Assembly (NCBI RefSeq): GCF_006345805.1
Contig: NC_042997.1
Span: 97,650,001-97,714,000 of the forward strand
DNA: 64,000 nucleotides
Source: Octopus sinensis
Lineage: Eukaryota
Reading direction: 5' to 3'
Positions 1-12,200 of the stretch are shown piece after piece (position 1 is the first letter of the stretch; each line of letters begins with the position of its first letter). Both the position numbers and the translations under genes were made by a program. The notes beneath the pieces were generated by a model. The model was given only the letters and a program-made list of their open reading frames with translations. It had not been told where the DNA came from and ran no database searches.

Positions 1-80
1 TTTTTCAGTTACTATTTTCGGAAAGACTTTTTTGCCACACCCTCCAATTTCTTCATTTTTCACTTTTTTCCGTAACTCTA

Positions 81-190
81 ATCCTAAAATCCCAACCCTA
101 GCCCCAAAACCCCAACCTAACCCTAACCCTAACCCGAACCCTAACTCTAAAACCCTAGCCCTAACCATAAAACCCTAAAGCTAAAACCAG
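81..190 (+). repeat. Degenerate telomere-like (CCCTAA)n tract, interstitial, probably inside a MITE truncated by the window edge
   Basis: ccctaaccctaacccgaaccctaactctaaaaccctagccctaacc; similar tracts occur inside MITEs at ~10791-10820 and ~62875-62908. Confidence 0.7.
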
Positions 191-339
191 TACAAACGCA
201 CGAACGATGTCATAAATAACAGTGACAAACGAAATATACACCGCCGATAGTTGTTGACAAACAACGGCAGTAATTCTATTCAGCTGAATACACGCCCTTG
301 ATTGGTTGAAATTACCGAAATACGACAACTCACAGTCAA

Positions 340-600
340 ATCACTTGAAATTTTTTATTACCCCCACCTCGGTTATATTTTTTGGTTATTCTTCATTTTA
401 TTTTTATTTTCAAAATATTATTTTACTTGTTTCCGTCATTGGACTGCGGTCATACTGGGGCACCGCCTTGAAAATTTTTATAGTCGAATGTATTGACCCC
501 AGAATCTCTTTTAGGTGATTTTCAATCAGCACATAAAATTAAGCCTAGAAGGTCTCTCCTCATGCTAGAAATATCAGCTAAATCTTACAACTCTTTTTAA
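340..600 (-). repeat. SINE-tail-derived repeat; an inverted copy lies at ~2515-2810
   Basis: Contains the reverse complement of the SINE 3' tail (tttacttgtttccgtcattggactgcggtcatactggggcacc); the same blocks (gcctagaagg, cagctaaatc, tcgaatgtat-gacccc) occur inverted at 2540-2750. Confidence 0.65.
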
Positions 601-859
601 TATAATTTCACGTAAACAAAAACGGAAATGGCAGTTGTAAAAAAAAATTATTTTCCAATTTTTAAGTAAACAAAATATATGCAATCGAAAAACTGTATCA
701 AAACATCTGTGTCCCTCACAATGACATGTTCTGTGTGTTTCTTCGTTGTTAGAATAATTTTAAAGTTTGAAAATGAAAATAAATCAACCTTAACGTCAAT
801 AATAGTGCTGTTGAACTGTTAAGTGCAACAGAACACAAGACTCTTTACTACTCAATGTA

Positions 860-2130
860 CGAGGGACGTTCAATAAGTAATGCCCCTGACCCACTTGCAG
901 TTGTTCGATCTAGCTGAAATTTTGCATGTGCAATTATTTATATCTCTATAGATTAAGTGGCAAATTACAGCTCTGAACTAATTGTGGTTTCTGATTTACA
1001 GGTGTTCAAACTGAGTCAAGTGTGAAATGGAGCCTGTTGAGTGTCGAGCAGTGATCCGGTTTTTGTATTTGAAAGGACGCACAGCACGAGTGACTTTTGA
1101 TGAAATGAAAGTAACTTATGGTGAGGATGCCCCATCATATGACCTTGTAAAACGCTGGCATCGTGAATTCAAACATGGTCGGAACTCTGTGGAAACAGCT
1201 CCCAGATCTGGTCGCCCCCCTTCTGCCATTTATGAGGCATCTGTCCGTCAAGTTGAGGCTGCCATTTTGGAAGATTGACGCATAACAATTTGCCAAATAG
1301 CCCATCAGGTCAAGATTAGTACCGGGTCTGTGGAAACTATCATTCATGACCATTTGCATATGCAAAAGGTGTCTGCCAGATGGATTTCCAGGTTGCTCAC
1401 ACCTTTCCAGAAGCAAGAACGCGTCGAGTGCTCGAGGATGAATTTGGAGATGTGCCAAGAAGATGAGTCAACATTTTTCAAAAGACTGATTACACAGGAT
1501 GAAACCTGGGTCCATCACTATGATCCAGAGACCAAAGCCCAGTCAATGCAGTGGAAGCACCGTGACTCACCACCTCCAAAGAAGGCAAGGGTGCAGCCCT
1601 TCGCTGGCAAGGTCATGCTCACAGTCTTCTGGGACCAGGACAGAGTAGTGATGACAGATTTCCTGGCAAAGGGTACCACAATTACAGGAGCCTATTATGC
1701 TTCACTTTTGAGGAAATTAAGAGAAGCTATCAAAATCAAGTGGCGGGGCAAGATTAGCAAAGGCATCCTCCTCCTGCAGGACAACGCTCCGGTCCACAAC
1801 TCGCGTGTCGCCAGATCAGAAGCACAGGCGTGCAGCTATGAACTCCTCCCCTTGCACCCTCTGATTTTCACCTCTTCCCAATCATGAAGTTGTTTTTGAA
1901 AGGAAAGCGTTTCCCAGATGATGCAGCCTTGATTTCTGAAGTTACGTCGTGGTTGGAGGACCAAACTGGGGTCTTCTACAAAAACGGTCTCCAGAGCTGC
2001 ATCAAACGAGGGGAGAAATGCGTAACTCTGGGTGATTCCTATGTAGAAAAAGACTAATAACTGTGCCAAGTTTCGTTGCTCTACTACTATGGGAAGTGGG
2101 TCAGGGGCATTACTTATTGAACGCCCCTCG
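860..2130 (+). mobile_element. Full-length mariner (Tc1/mariner DD34D; irritans/Hsmar2-like termini), 1271 bp
   Basis: 37-bp TIRs CGAGGG(A/G)CGTTCAATAAGTAATGCCCCTGACCCACTT at 860-896 and 2094-2130 (1 mismatch); TA on both sides (858-859, 2131-2132). Confidence 0.95.
1027..2057 (+). pseudogene. Mariner transposase pseudogene
   Basis: MEPVECRAVIRFL N-terminal HTH, WISRLL (WVPxxL), ITQDETWVHHY, QDNAPVH, LAPSDFHLF; premature TGA at 1276-1278 and a frameshifting deletion of the HPPYSPD motif near 1850; ends SYVEKD* at 2057. Confidence 0.93.
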
Positions 2131-3029
2131 TACATATTTTCTGAATTCTAACAAAAGGGAAAGCATTTACTTCAAGAAATGTGTAGAGACATAAAAGCGA
2201 TAAGAAGTACGTTTGAATGACTATATATACACACATAAAATGAAAATAAATATTATACATGTCTCTAGCATGTTTTTTCTTCACCAAAACCAGAATTTGT
2301 CATTTTTATGGAGAAACACCCATTTCCCTATTTAGGCAAACGATAAGAAGTGCGTTTGAATGACTAGCCTTCTGTTAGAGTTTCAACGGCCGGAGAAAGT
2401 TCAAAAGGTCAACTTATTCTCATTAATCTGTAAGCGCTGAGAGAAGAAAACAAAACACTTTAAATATATATTTTAAAATGCTGATTTTTCTGCGACCATA
2501 AATTCTTCTAGCTAATGCCCCAGCATGACCGCAGTCTAATGACTGAAACAAGTAAAAAGATTTTTAGAAAATAAAATAACCGAGGGGGGGGGTATAAAAA
2601 ATTTCAAGAGATTTAGCTGTTGTTTCTAGTACGAGGAGATACCTTCTAGGCTTAACTTCATGCGCTGGTTGAAAATCATGAAAAAAAATTCTGGGGTCGA
2701 TACATTCGACTAAAAATTCTTTAAGGTGGTGCCCCAGCATGGCCACAAGCCTAATAACTGTAATAAGTAAAACGATAAAAAAAATCTAGGGTCGATACGT
2801 TCAACTAAAAATTCGAAAAATAAAATTTATTTTACTCGTGACAGGTACGATGAAGGAGTAGTGGTTGAGAATTCTTTAAAAATTCGAATTCGAAATGTTT
2901 CAGAATGTGAAATACAATAAAATAGTGGTAAAAAATATATTGGTAACTGCTATTGCAGAACTACAATGATCGGGGCTTAGGGCCAGACTTCTAAAGCATG
3001 ATTAAAAAAAATTATTTTTAAAAACGTTT

Positions 3030-3540
3030 CAGTCAATGTTGTTGACTGTGTTTTAGTTAAAGCTGCTACTTTAATTGAGTCTGTCTGGAGTTGCCTCTCT
3101 TCGGTATTTCCCGTTGATAACGGCTAAAGAGCTAGAAACGCATCTGGGAATCAGGGGGAAGCACTGGACACTTATAGTGTTTTTACTCCTTTTTACTATA
3201 AGAGATTTTTTCTCCACAGTAGCTGCAATGAATTTGCCTTTAGAAGTTGAAATATGCCACAAACATTTTAACTAACCTAAAATTTGCTTATGCCTAAACA
3301 CTGCTTGGCGCTGATACTGCTGTAATTTTTCCGACCTGGCGTTAGTGGTCTACTGGCGCAACTCAGTTAATGCTGTTGACCGTGTTTTAGTTAAAGCTAC
3401 AGCTTTAATTAAGTCCAGAGTTGCCTCTCTTCCGTATTTCCCATTAATAAACGATTAATGAGTTAGACATGCGTTATAGTATTTTTACACCTTTTTACCA
3501 TAGGAGAGAATTTCTTCTCCACACTAACTGCAGTGATATA
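3030..3540. repeat. Diverged direct duplication, ~200-bp blocks about 330 bp apart
   Basis: gtgttttagttaaagct...gagttgcctctctt(c)gtatttccc...ttctccaca at ~3048-3220 and again at ~3380-3525. Confidence 0.75.
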
Positions 3541-4214
3541 ACAAATATGGTCAAGGTAAAAGGTTGCGAGAATCACTTTCCATTCCAGGAAATGGATGGA
3601 AGGTAAATAATGGAAAATCTTATTCGTCCAAAATGAAAAAGAAAAAAAAAAAGAAACGATAAAAGAAATAGAAATTGTTTTATCAGTTAAACATAATAAA
3701 ATCCATGTTATTGTTATGATTGTGGATAACAATGTTTTGATTGGTTTCCAAATTGTTGTTGTTTCTAACAGAAAGGTTGTAGTCCTCCATGGTGACCTTG
3801 ATGTCAAATAGTGTCATGTAGTTTAGTTTTCATTTGGAGGTTATCGCACTGTCTCCTCCTCGTCTCACTTTCTCTCTCTGTATATATTTCTCTCTCTCTG
3901 TATATATTTCTCTCTCTCATACACACGTATATGCACACACACACACACACAACTCTCTCCCCCTATTTCACACACACGCATGCACGCACTCACACACAAA
4001 TACACTCACATATGCACACATACATACACAAATTTGTTTGTCAATGTGTCAGGGATCTAAACTGAACTAAGTTGCTAATAAAGTAAAGTTATATTAAATC
4101 TCTATGACAACAATAACGTTATCAACATCAACGACGCTAACCTCAGATGTTTATGCTTTAAAATATACGAGTTTTTCACATTTACTCATCTATAAATATT
4201 GTGCATTCTTGCAG

Positions 4215-4259
4215 GTGTAACATGTGTTATATATTAACTGACCTGTAACAGAAAAAAAG
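4215..4259 (+). other. Possible 45-bp non-coding exon
   Basis: Acceptor ttcttgcAG at 4213-4214 and donor AAG|GTAAGA at 4260; stops in all three frames. Confidence 0.2.
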
Positions 4260-4689
4260 GTAAGAAATATTTATGGAAGATGGAGTGGTCAGGTGTGAGT
4301 ATGTCATGTATCACAGATGAGATGATATAAAAAAAAATCGAGAGAAGTGGTGATTTACCATACTATAGACCTATCCAAACCGTATCAACATTTTATTCTT
4401 ATTCTTTGGAGTCTTTCATATATTTGAGACGTAGTCCCCAAAATAGAAAGAGACCGTTTCGTTGACTCTATCGTATTCACTTTTGCCACTGGTCTGTCTC
4501 TGTCAAAAGATTAGTAGATTCAATAAATTTAATAGTGCGTCTATATAATAGTGTCAGGTTTTCATTTTTTCGATTGCACATAGACATCTATAGGATACCA
4601 CATCCGTTGTAGTCCTTTGCCTTTTCAACAACAGTACGCCTCATTGTAGACAGAAACTGTGAAGAAGTCTGTCATTCACCCCCACACAC

Positions 4690-5150
4690 ATACATGCATG
4701 CATTATGGCTGCCCCCTCGTTATCGAGTATGGCCATTGCACGAAGCTTAACTGTTACTGGTGCTGTGATCGAATGTGACTTTTTAGCCCAGCTAAAGATC
4801 TACAATGTCTTGTACAGAATTGGCAACTAAAACCTTTACCGGTAATAGCTAGCTGTAGTTGTAACTGGGCTTCATGTACCTTTGCATGTCGTTTAAGTCC
4901 TCCTACCGAATTACACTCTCTTCCACATGCCCGGCAAATATGATTTCTCCTTCGCAACAAGCGCAGTCCTTCTTTCAGGACATTCAGAGGACTTGCGGTC
5001 AAGCCGTGTCCGTACATTCCAACAGTCAATATTCAATATTTTCTTTGGTTCTATCACAGTAGCATGATGATGGCCGGGTTCAGACTGTAATGCTCTGGAG
5101 CCCCTGCCGGGTCAGACTCTTTCAGCTGATGTGGTTCCAGAGTCCTTACT
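4690..5150 (-). mobile_element. Internally deleted RTE-clade non-LTR retrotransposon (endonuclease N-terminus fused to C-terminal zinc fingers and 3' end)
   Basis: Minus strand encodes KILNIDCWNVRTRLDRKSSECPERRTALVAKE (APE start), then in another frame HICRACGRECNSVGGLKRHAKVH...CQFCTRHCRSLAGLKSHIRSQH*, followed by a short 3' UTR and an (ATGC/ATGT) tail. Confidence 0.85.
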
Positions 5151-5151
5151 G

Positions 5152-5262
5152 CATACATACATACATACATACATACATACATACATACATACATACATAC
5201 ATACATACATACATACATACATACATACATACGTACAAACATACGTACAAACATACGTACGT
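5152..5262. repeat. (ATAC)n microsatellite
   Basis: Direct reading. Confidence 0.95.
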
Positions 5263-6499
5263 ACATATTTATATAACAGTTCAAGTGCTATAAAGATTTA
5301 AATGTTAAATCTGAGACTTTCGAAAAATGTAGGCACCCAGGTAATTTCATCTTATGGAACAGAGTTATCTTGAATTTGCACATAATGAATGTGTGTATGC
5401 ATATATGCAGAGACTTTAGGTTTACACATATTCTTTTACACTACACCTAGACAATCTTAGTTCATTGGTTGAATCTTACAGTGTCTTTAATGGTTTATTA
5501 TCTTGCTATCTAACTGTAGCAGGAAACTTTTTCCATTCGAGTTGTAAATTCTTAATTATAATATATCCTCTTAAATGCTTCATTAATTTCGATTTCAGTT
5601 TTTAACAAGTCAAATTTTCACCGGAAATATAAACCTTTTAATAAATTTGTCTATTATCGTCCTTTCACTATACTTTATGAATTTAAACCAACTAAATTCT
5701 TTTCAGCATTGTTTGAATGCTCCAAACAGAAGTGAAGAGAATTCGCTTTCCGTTGTTAATCTCACAACAGTTAGTTGATGTTCTCTAAGAGTCAGAAGAT
5801 TGACATTTATTTCAGAACCGGATATTATGAAACTCTGTGCATTCCGATGCATTAACAGTATTTTTGCTTGTTTTAAAAATACACGTATACCTATATAATG
5901 TTTGAGTTTATGTTTATAGTGGTCTTAAAACCTTCGTTGTTGTTTATGTAGTACATCTCTGTTTCTTAAAATAGCAGTTTGACAAAGATAAATTGATAAT
6001 ATATATATATATATATATATATGTAACAGATGAGATTAATTAGTAAACAATAATATGGGAAGACGATAGTCAATACACAGTAGGATGGAATGTCGGAGTT
6101 GTAATCAATGTGTAAGGATTGGTTCTTCGTTGATAGCTATGGTGTAAAGATGAAAGAACAGTGATTGAAGTTTTGAAGAAAATATTTATTTACCGTTACA
6201 TCGAATATACCTTGCCTCAACGGGCAGGTGATAAGATCCTAGAGTGTGCAAAGTAAAAAAAGTTAATTTCGGCCTGTGCGTTCGTATTGTAGTAGTACAC
6301 CATAGAGAGATATGTGCAGAGAAGACAAAGTGAGTTAGTGAAAGTGAGAGAGTGTGGGAAGTTGGTCTCATAGCTGCTGACAGTAAATTTCATTTCTCCA
6401 TTTGAACATCGTCTTTAGTAGCTGCCTTGCTTTGGACCATGATTCAAGCGTTCTGCTCCCTAACTGATGGTAGCTGTCTCTGATTCGAGTTTGTCATCC

Positions 6500-6860
6500 A
6501 TTAACTGATTGAGTTATCACGATCCGACTAACTCAGTTGTCATCAAGTCACTAACTCACTTTTGCTTGGGGTTCTTGCTTTTATAACTATCCAGAAGGAT
6601 AGACAAATCGTTGAGAACAATGGGCTTCGTTGGTGGTACTGTGATATCTATTTTAGCCTTTGGTGAAATAGAAGAGGTTAGAAAGGGTCAAGTGGTGAAG
6701 ACATTATTTCAGCCTAGCTAAGGCAATCTGGCAAATGTAAAACTGCTGTCACGGAAAAACCATTGTTCCACCGTGAGAAAAGTTCTGCTGAAGTGTTAAT
6801 TTAAATTTGGCTATGATGGATCGAATCCACTTCATGCTTGTAAGATTCACTACATATATA
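6500..6860 (+). repeat. Unclassified dispersed repeat family C, copy 1
   Basis: ggggttcttgcttttataactatccagaagg...agaagaggttagaaagggtcaagtggtgaagacattatt; recurs at 21265-21640 (-) and 26800-27110 (+). Confidence 0.8.
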
Positions 6861-6869
6861 TACCGCACC

Positions 6870-7056
6870 ACCATTGTTTGACAACTGATGTTCGTGTGTT
6901 TGCGTCCCCGTAACTTAGCTGTTCAGCTGAAGAGCTAAGATAGAATAAGCACCAGGCTTACAGGGAATAAGTCCAGGGGTCGATTTCGTCTACTAAACGG
7001 TGGTGCTCCAGCATGGCCACCGTCAAATGACTGAAACAAGTAAAAGAATAAAAGAA
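6870..7056 (+). mobile_element. 3' half of a tRNA-derived SINE
   Basis: gtccccgtaacttagc...ggtgctccagcatggcc..aaatgactgaaacaagtaaaagaataaaagaat matches the 3' half of the full copy at 19197-19572. Confidence 0.85.
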
Positions 7057-7374
7057 TGCCAGAAGATCGTTCCGTACCACTAAACCAAGAAGGTTCTTTG
7101 AACAAGTACGATGTATTTTAAGGCTAAATAGTAATTCTGTTTACGTTTACGTAACTGAGACAGTTGGATTATATAGTTATCGGTTTTACACGTCTTTCTA
7201 TAGTCTGTAACTCACACAATATATAAACATTTCATGGCACCAGTACACAATTTACAAATGCTTAGATATTTTATATTTTCCGTGAACTTTTCATGGGTCC
7301 AGCTAGTAAATATGATTATGTGTATGTGCGCGTGTGTGTGTGTATGTGTGTGTGTTGCCGGGTCATAGTGCTAG

Positions 7375-7438
<64 letters not shown>

Positions 7439-7461
7439 TGCGTATATATATACATATATAC

Positions 7462-7492
<31 letters not shown>

Positions 7493-8567
7493 TGTATGTA
7501 TGTATGTATGTATGCATGCATGCATGCATGCATGTATGTATGTATGTATGTATGTATGTATGTATGTATGTATATATGTATGTATGTATGTGTGTGTGTA
7601 CTAGCTGTGTAACCCGTTCTTGATACAGTCACAATACTTGAATTCAAAATAATTTTTTAAAGTATCTCAAAAATAATCTTACCAAAAAAAAAAAAAAAAA
7701 AAAATTCCAAATTGACACAGAACTGATGGAAGACCTGAACAGGATTTTATATAGGCGCCCTTTCTGGATGTACATGTGTGTGAGCGTGTGTATGAATATG
7801 TGAATGTGTATGTGTGCGTGTGTGTGCATCTGAGCGCGCGTGTGTACGAGTATGATTGAATGCTGGTGTACGTGAGTGCGTGTAAACAGCCGTGTGTGTG
7901 TGTGTGTTTGTGTGTATAAAGGCTTGTGGCCATTGGTTAGGGTTTTGGGCTAACTTTTTTATAAGGTCGTAAGTGTAATTCCCGGATCGGGCGTCGCGTT
8001 ATGTCCTTAAGCAAGTTACTTTATTTTACGTCGCACCAGTTCACTCAGCTTCAAAATAGATACCAGTTAGTGCAGCCTACTTTCCCTCCAGCTGTCACAT
8101 CGTTCGTGATCTTCTGGGTAAAAGGTGTCTGTCTTATGTCTGTCTGCTCGTGACTACTAAAGCGATTAGCGAAAGCATCGTAACATTCTCGTTTGTAAGT
8201 GACGGTTTTTATTGGTTTTATGTGCGCGTGTATGTATATGTGTATGCGTGTCTGGTGTGTGTGTATGTGTGCGCGCGTACGCATGAGCGTGTAAGTGTGT
8301 GCGCGTGAGTAGCGCGTTATTACGTGTAAGTGAATGCATATGCAGTGACATAGCTACCGCGTGTGCCGCCCAAGGTTTTCCTAGAGTTAGTGCCCTACCC
8401 CAGCGCTTAATTTGGCCTATACTAGCTCATATAGCGGACCCCAAAACTTGCCATCCCCATAAAAGCATCGCTTGGAGCAAACCGTTCCTGGTCTCTCCTC
8501 AACTACGCTACTGTATATATGTATGTGGATTCACACAATGGTATGTATATATATAATAATAATAATA

Positions 8568-8602
<35 letters not shown>

Positions 8603-8698
8603 TATATATATATAATATATATATATATATATGAGTTGCCTAATAGTGGTTTTATCTCTAATTTAATTTATATATATATACATATATATACATACACA

Positions 8699-8761
<63 letters not shown>

Positions 8762-8921
8762 AAACAGTTTAATTCAGTTCTATGCGACTTGAAGTTTCGC
8801 AGACCTCTAACAGAAGCCCGTTTATCTCGGGCTTACATTCGGTGATTTAAGCCTGAAAGAAATGGGTTTCTGTTAGGGGCCTGCGAAACTTAAAGTTGCA
8901 TGGAACCGAATCAAACTGTTT
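8762..8921. mobile_element. Small palindromic MITE (~160 bp)
   Basis: ~58-bp imperfect TIRs aaacagttt(a/g)attc(a/g)gttc(t/c)atgc(g/a)actt..agtttcgcag; inserted next to (ATT)n. Confidence 0.8.
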
Positions 8922-8985
8922 TAAATAATATATGTAGCTCTTACTAAATTTGTTGAGTGCCCTTTTCATTCGTTACTGCACTCGT

Positions 8986-9032
<47 letters not shown>

Positions 9033-10276
9033 CACACACACATACTTACACCCACATACAAACACACATATCTATATGTATATGTGTATATACGTGTGCG
9101 CGTGCATGTATACACATATACTCATATGTATATATCATTCAACTACGGTAGTAGTTGAATAGTATTAAGGCCACAATTTACTCACATGCAGCAACTTTCA
9201 GTGCTTGTCGCTAATTCAGTTCTTAGTGCTTGTCGCTAATTCAGTTCTTAACCAGATTGAAAACTGTTAACATTTTTGAAGAGGACTGATCTGTAGCTAC
9301 ATTTTGGCATAAAAAATTGAGTTTTGGTTCCAGAAGAAAAAAGTTTACATCAAAATTTGTAGCAACGTTATAGGAGAATGATGCCACCAATCAAGTTTAG
9401 ATCTAAAAAACTTTTATTTTAAAAGCAAAATATATTAATTTTAGCTTCAATGAAAGAAGAAGGCATAAAGAACTTCATAGTTTTGGCCCCATTTGTATAA
9501 AAAAAGTTGTGAGGTAAAATATCATAAAAAATATAAGGCAAAAATTGTATTTAAATATAATTAACATTTTTTAAACCTATATTTTAATTAAGCTTAAATG
9601 ATAGAGCTCAATTCGAGGAATTTCATGGTATCAATCTCATGGAATGGAGTTTTAAAAGAAAAAAGTTATTAGTGTTTGTTTCTCAAATTTGAGGGTGATA
9701 ATATAGTCCTATACTTTTTAATGAATATAGTGCCATAAGGAGACTTTTAATATATGTCACCGGCATCATTGAGGTAAGAAAAATATGACCAACGACATCG
9801 CTAATTGACACATTTGATATTATTAATTAGCATAATAGCATGGCCTGGAAAAATCATGGATTACTTGGAAAAATACGAGTAAGAGAAAAAATATTCTTAA
9901 GATTATAAAACTGGAAAAGTTCAGGACAAGTTATTACACTTGGAAAAGTTCAAGACAGGTTATGACATCTGGTAAAGTACAGAAGAAGAAAATTTTTACT
10001 TAAAATATTGCAGCTAAGGATAAAGTTTCAAATTAAATATTTAGATTTAAAAAATATTAGCTTTTATTAAGACTAAAAATTTAATTGTAAGTTATTACTT
10101 CTATTTTGTTATTATTTGTTACTTCTATTAAAAATGAAAAACTCAATTGAAACATTTTTGCACTTTTAAAATATTCATTTTTAAAAATTATTAATTAATA
10201 ATTAGAAATTTGAAAATGGGTTATGAAAATAATTATAGTACATAATTAGTACAATAAATAGAATAATACAAAAATT

Positions 10277-11027
10277 GGATCTTTTCCTTTTGAAGGCCAG
10301 ATTTCAACACAATTTCTAGTTAACTAAACACTTTAAAACTTCGTATACTGGTAGAATGTGTCAAAAGAAAATATTATTTTCACTTGCCTTTCTTGATAAA
10401 TTTGTAATTCGTTTGTTTAACGTAGTTTAATTTTTCGAATTCTAACTAATGAATCGCCTCTATTTGAGCTGAAATCATTTGCTGCGTCTAAAAACTGAGA
10501 CAACATCCTGTAACTAACCCTCCCTCTCCCCCTCCGCCTAAACCTAAATTTTTTTTTCTTAATTGTTACGCGTGTAAAAAAAACTAAAGCAATGGAAAAT
10601 AATTTAAACAATTAACAAACAAAATAATTCTATAATTTTTATACACACGCTTTCCGTACGTATACGGAAAGCGTGTGTATAAAAATTATAGAATTATTTT
10701 GTTTGTTAATTGTTTAAATTATTTTCCATTGCTTTAGTTTTTTTTACACGCGTAACAATTAAATTAATTTAACAATTAATAAAAAAAATTTAGGGTTAGG
10801 GTTAGGAGGGGAGGGTTAGTTACAGGATGTTGTCTCAGTTTTAGACGCAGCAAATGATTTTAGCTCAAAAGAGAGCATAGGATTGGTTAGAATTCGAAAA
10901 ATTAAACTACGTTAAACAAACGAATTACAAATTTATCAAGAAGGCCAAGTGAAAATAATGTTTTCTTTTGACGTGTTTAGTTAACTAGAAATTGTGTTGA
11001 AATCTGGCCTTCAAAAGGAAAAGATCC
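10277..11027. mobile_element. Merlin-like MITE with ~280-bp TIRs, 8-bp TSD and an internal perfect foldback
   Basis: Termini GGATCTTTTCC...GGAAAAGATCC; flanks CAAAAATT (10269-10276) and CAAAGATT (11028-11035); perfect 100-bp inner arms at 10559-10658 and 10663-10762. Confidence 0.85.
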
Positions 11028-11250
11028 CAAAGATTAGTTATATATTACAGTGAAATCTACCTATAACAACAAATTCACAATAAAATTTGCTTGAGTTAAT
11101 GCCTAAGTTTTCGCCAAGTCTTCACATTTTTAGTCTTGACCCAATTCCTATTTTTTACATTATGAATTTGCCTACCATATATACTATTCTAATTTGCACA
11201 AAACTTTTTGTGTTATGTGTGGGCGTGTATATACATATACATATATATGC

Positions 11251-11359
<109 letters not shown>

Positions 11360-11639
11360 ATACACTCACACACACACACTCAACAAGCAGCATTGAGTTA
11401 TAAGGTTTATTTACATAGCATTACGTGGTAAAAATAAGTAAAGACTGCATTCACGGAACATTCTGCTGTGAAATGTTTTGAATTAGGCATATGTATTGAT
11501 TTCTTGCTTAATCCTCTTTTTATATGCCATGTTTTAAGAGATTACCGTTTGAAAAGAAAAAATCTCCATTGAGCACCAAAACAGATATGAGGAGAACAAT
11601 GCCTTCTTTATAGGTTTTATGGACACAATGGTACCAACA

Positions 11640-11838
11640 AATAATAATCATTATTACCGACTGCCTGGCTGGTTGGTTGGCTGGTTGGCTGGTTGGCTGG
11701 TTGGCTGGCTGGTCGGTTGGTTGAGGGAAATTAACGAAAGGAGTTTTCTCTTGCTTCGTTGTTATCGTCCATTGTTAGCAATGTTATCATCGTTGTCGTT
11801 ATCGTTATCATTGCCATCGTTATCATCATCATCATCAT

Positions 11839-11869
<31 letters not shown>

Positions 11870-12200
11870 ACTATTGCTATTTTTATAATTACTGTTGCTA
11901 TTGTTGTTGTTGTTGTTGTTGTTCTTCTTCTTCTTCTTCTTCTTCTTCTTCTTCTTCTTCTTGTCTCTCATCCTCTTCATTCTCCCTCCTCCTCCTCCTC
12001 CTCCCTCTCCTCCTGCTCATCATTACCACCACCACCATCACCACGAGAACTTCTACCACCACCGTCGCCACAACCACCACCACCACCACCGCCACTGCCA
12101 CTGCCACCACTGCCGCCACCACCACCACCACCACAACCGCCGCCGCCGCCGCCACCGCCACCACCACCACCACCACCACCACTACCACCACCACCATTTA
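11640..12200. repeat. Compound low-complexity tract (GGTT/GGCT, ATC, AGC, GTT, CTT, CCT, ACC, GCC)
   Basis: Direct reading; source of several spurious ORFs. Confidence 0.9.

Noticed and set aside
81-190. True chromosome end
   Set aside because: Short, degenerate and preceded by non-telomeric sequence; similar tracts occur inside MITEs
340-2810. Composite transposon formed by inverted SINE-tail repeats around the mariner
   Set aside because: The repeats are abundant, diverged and of unequal extent; the mariner has its own TIRs and TA duplication
4754-5029. 91-aa ORF with two C2H2-like fingers as a host zinc-finger gene
   Set aside because: It is flanked by an RTE endonuclease start and a retroelement 3' tail, so it is better explained as a LINE remnant
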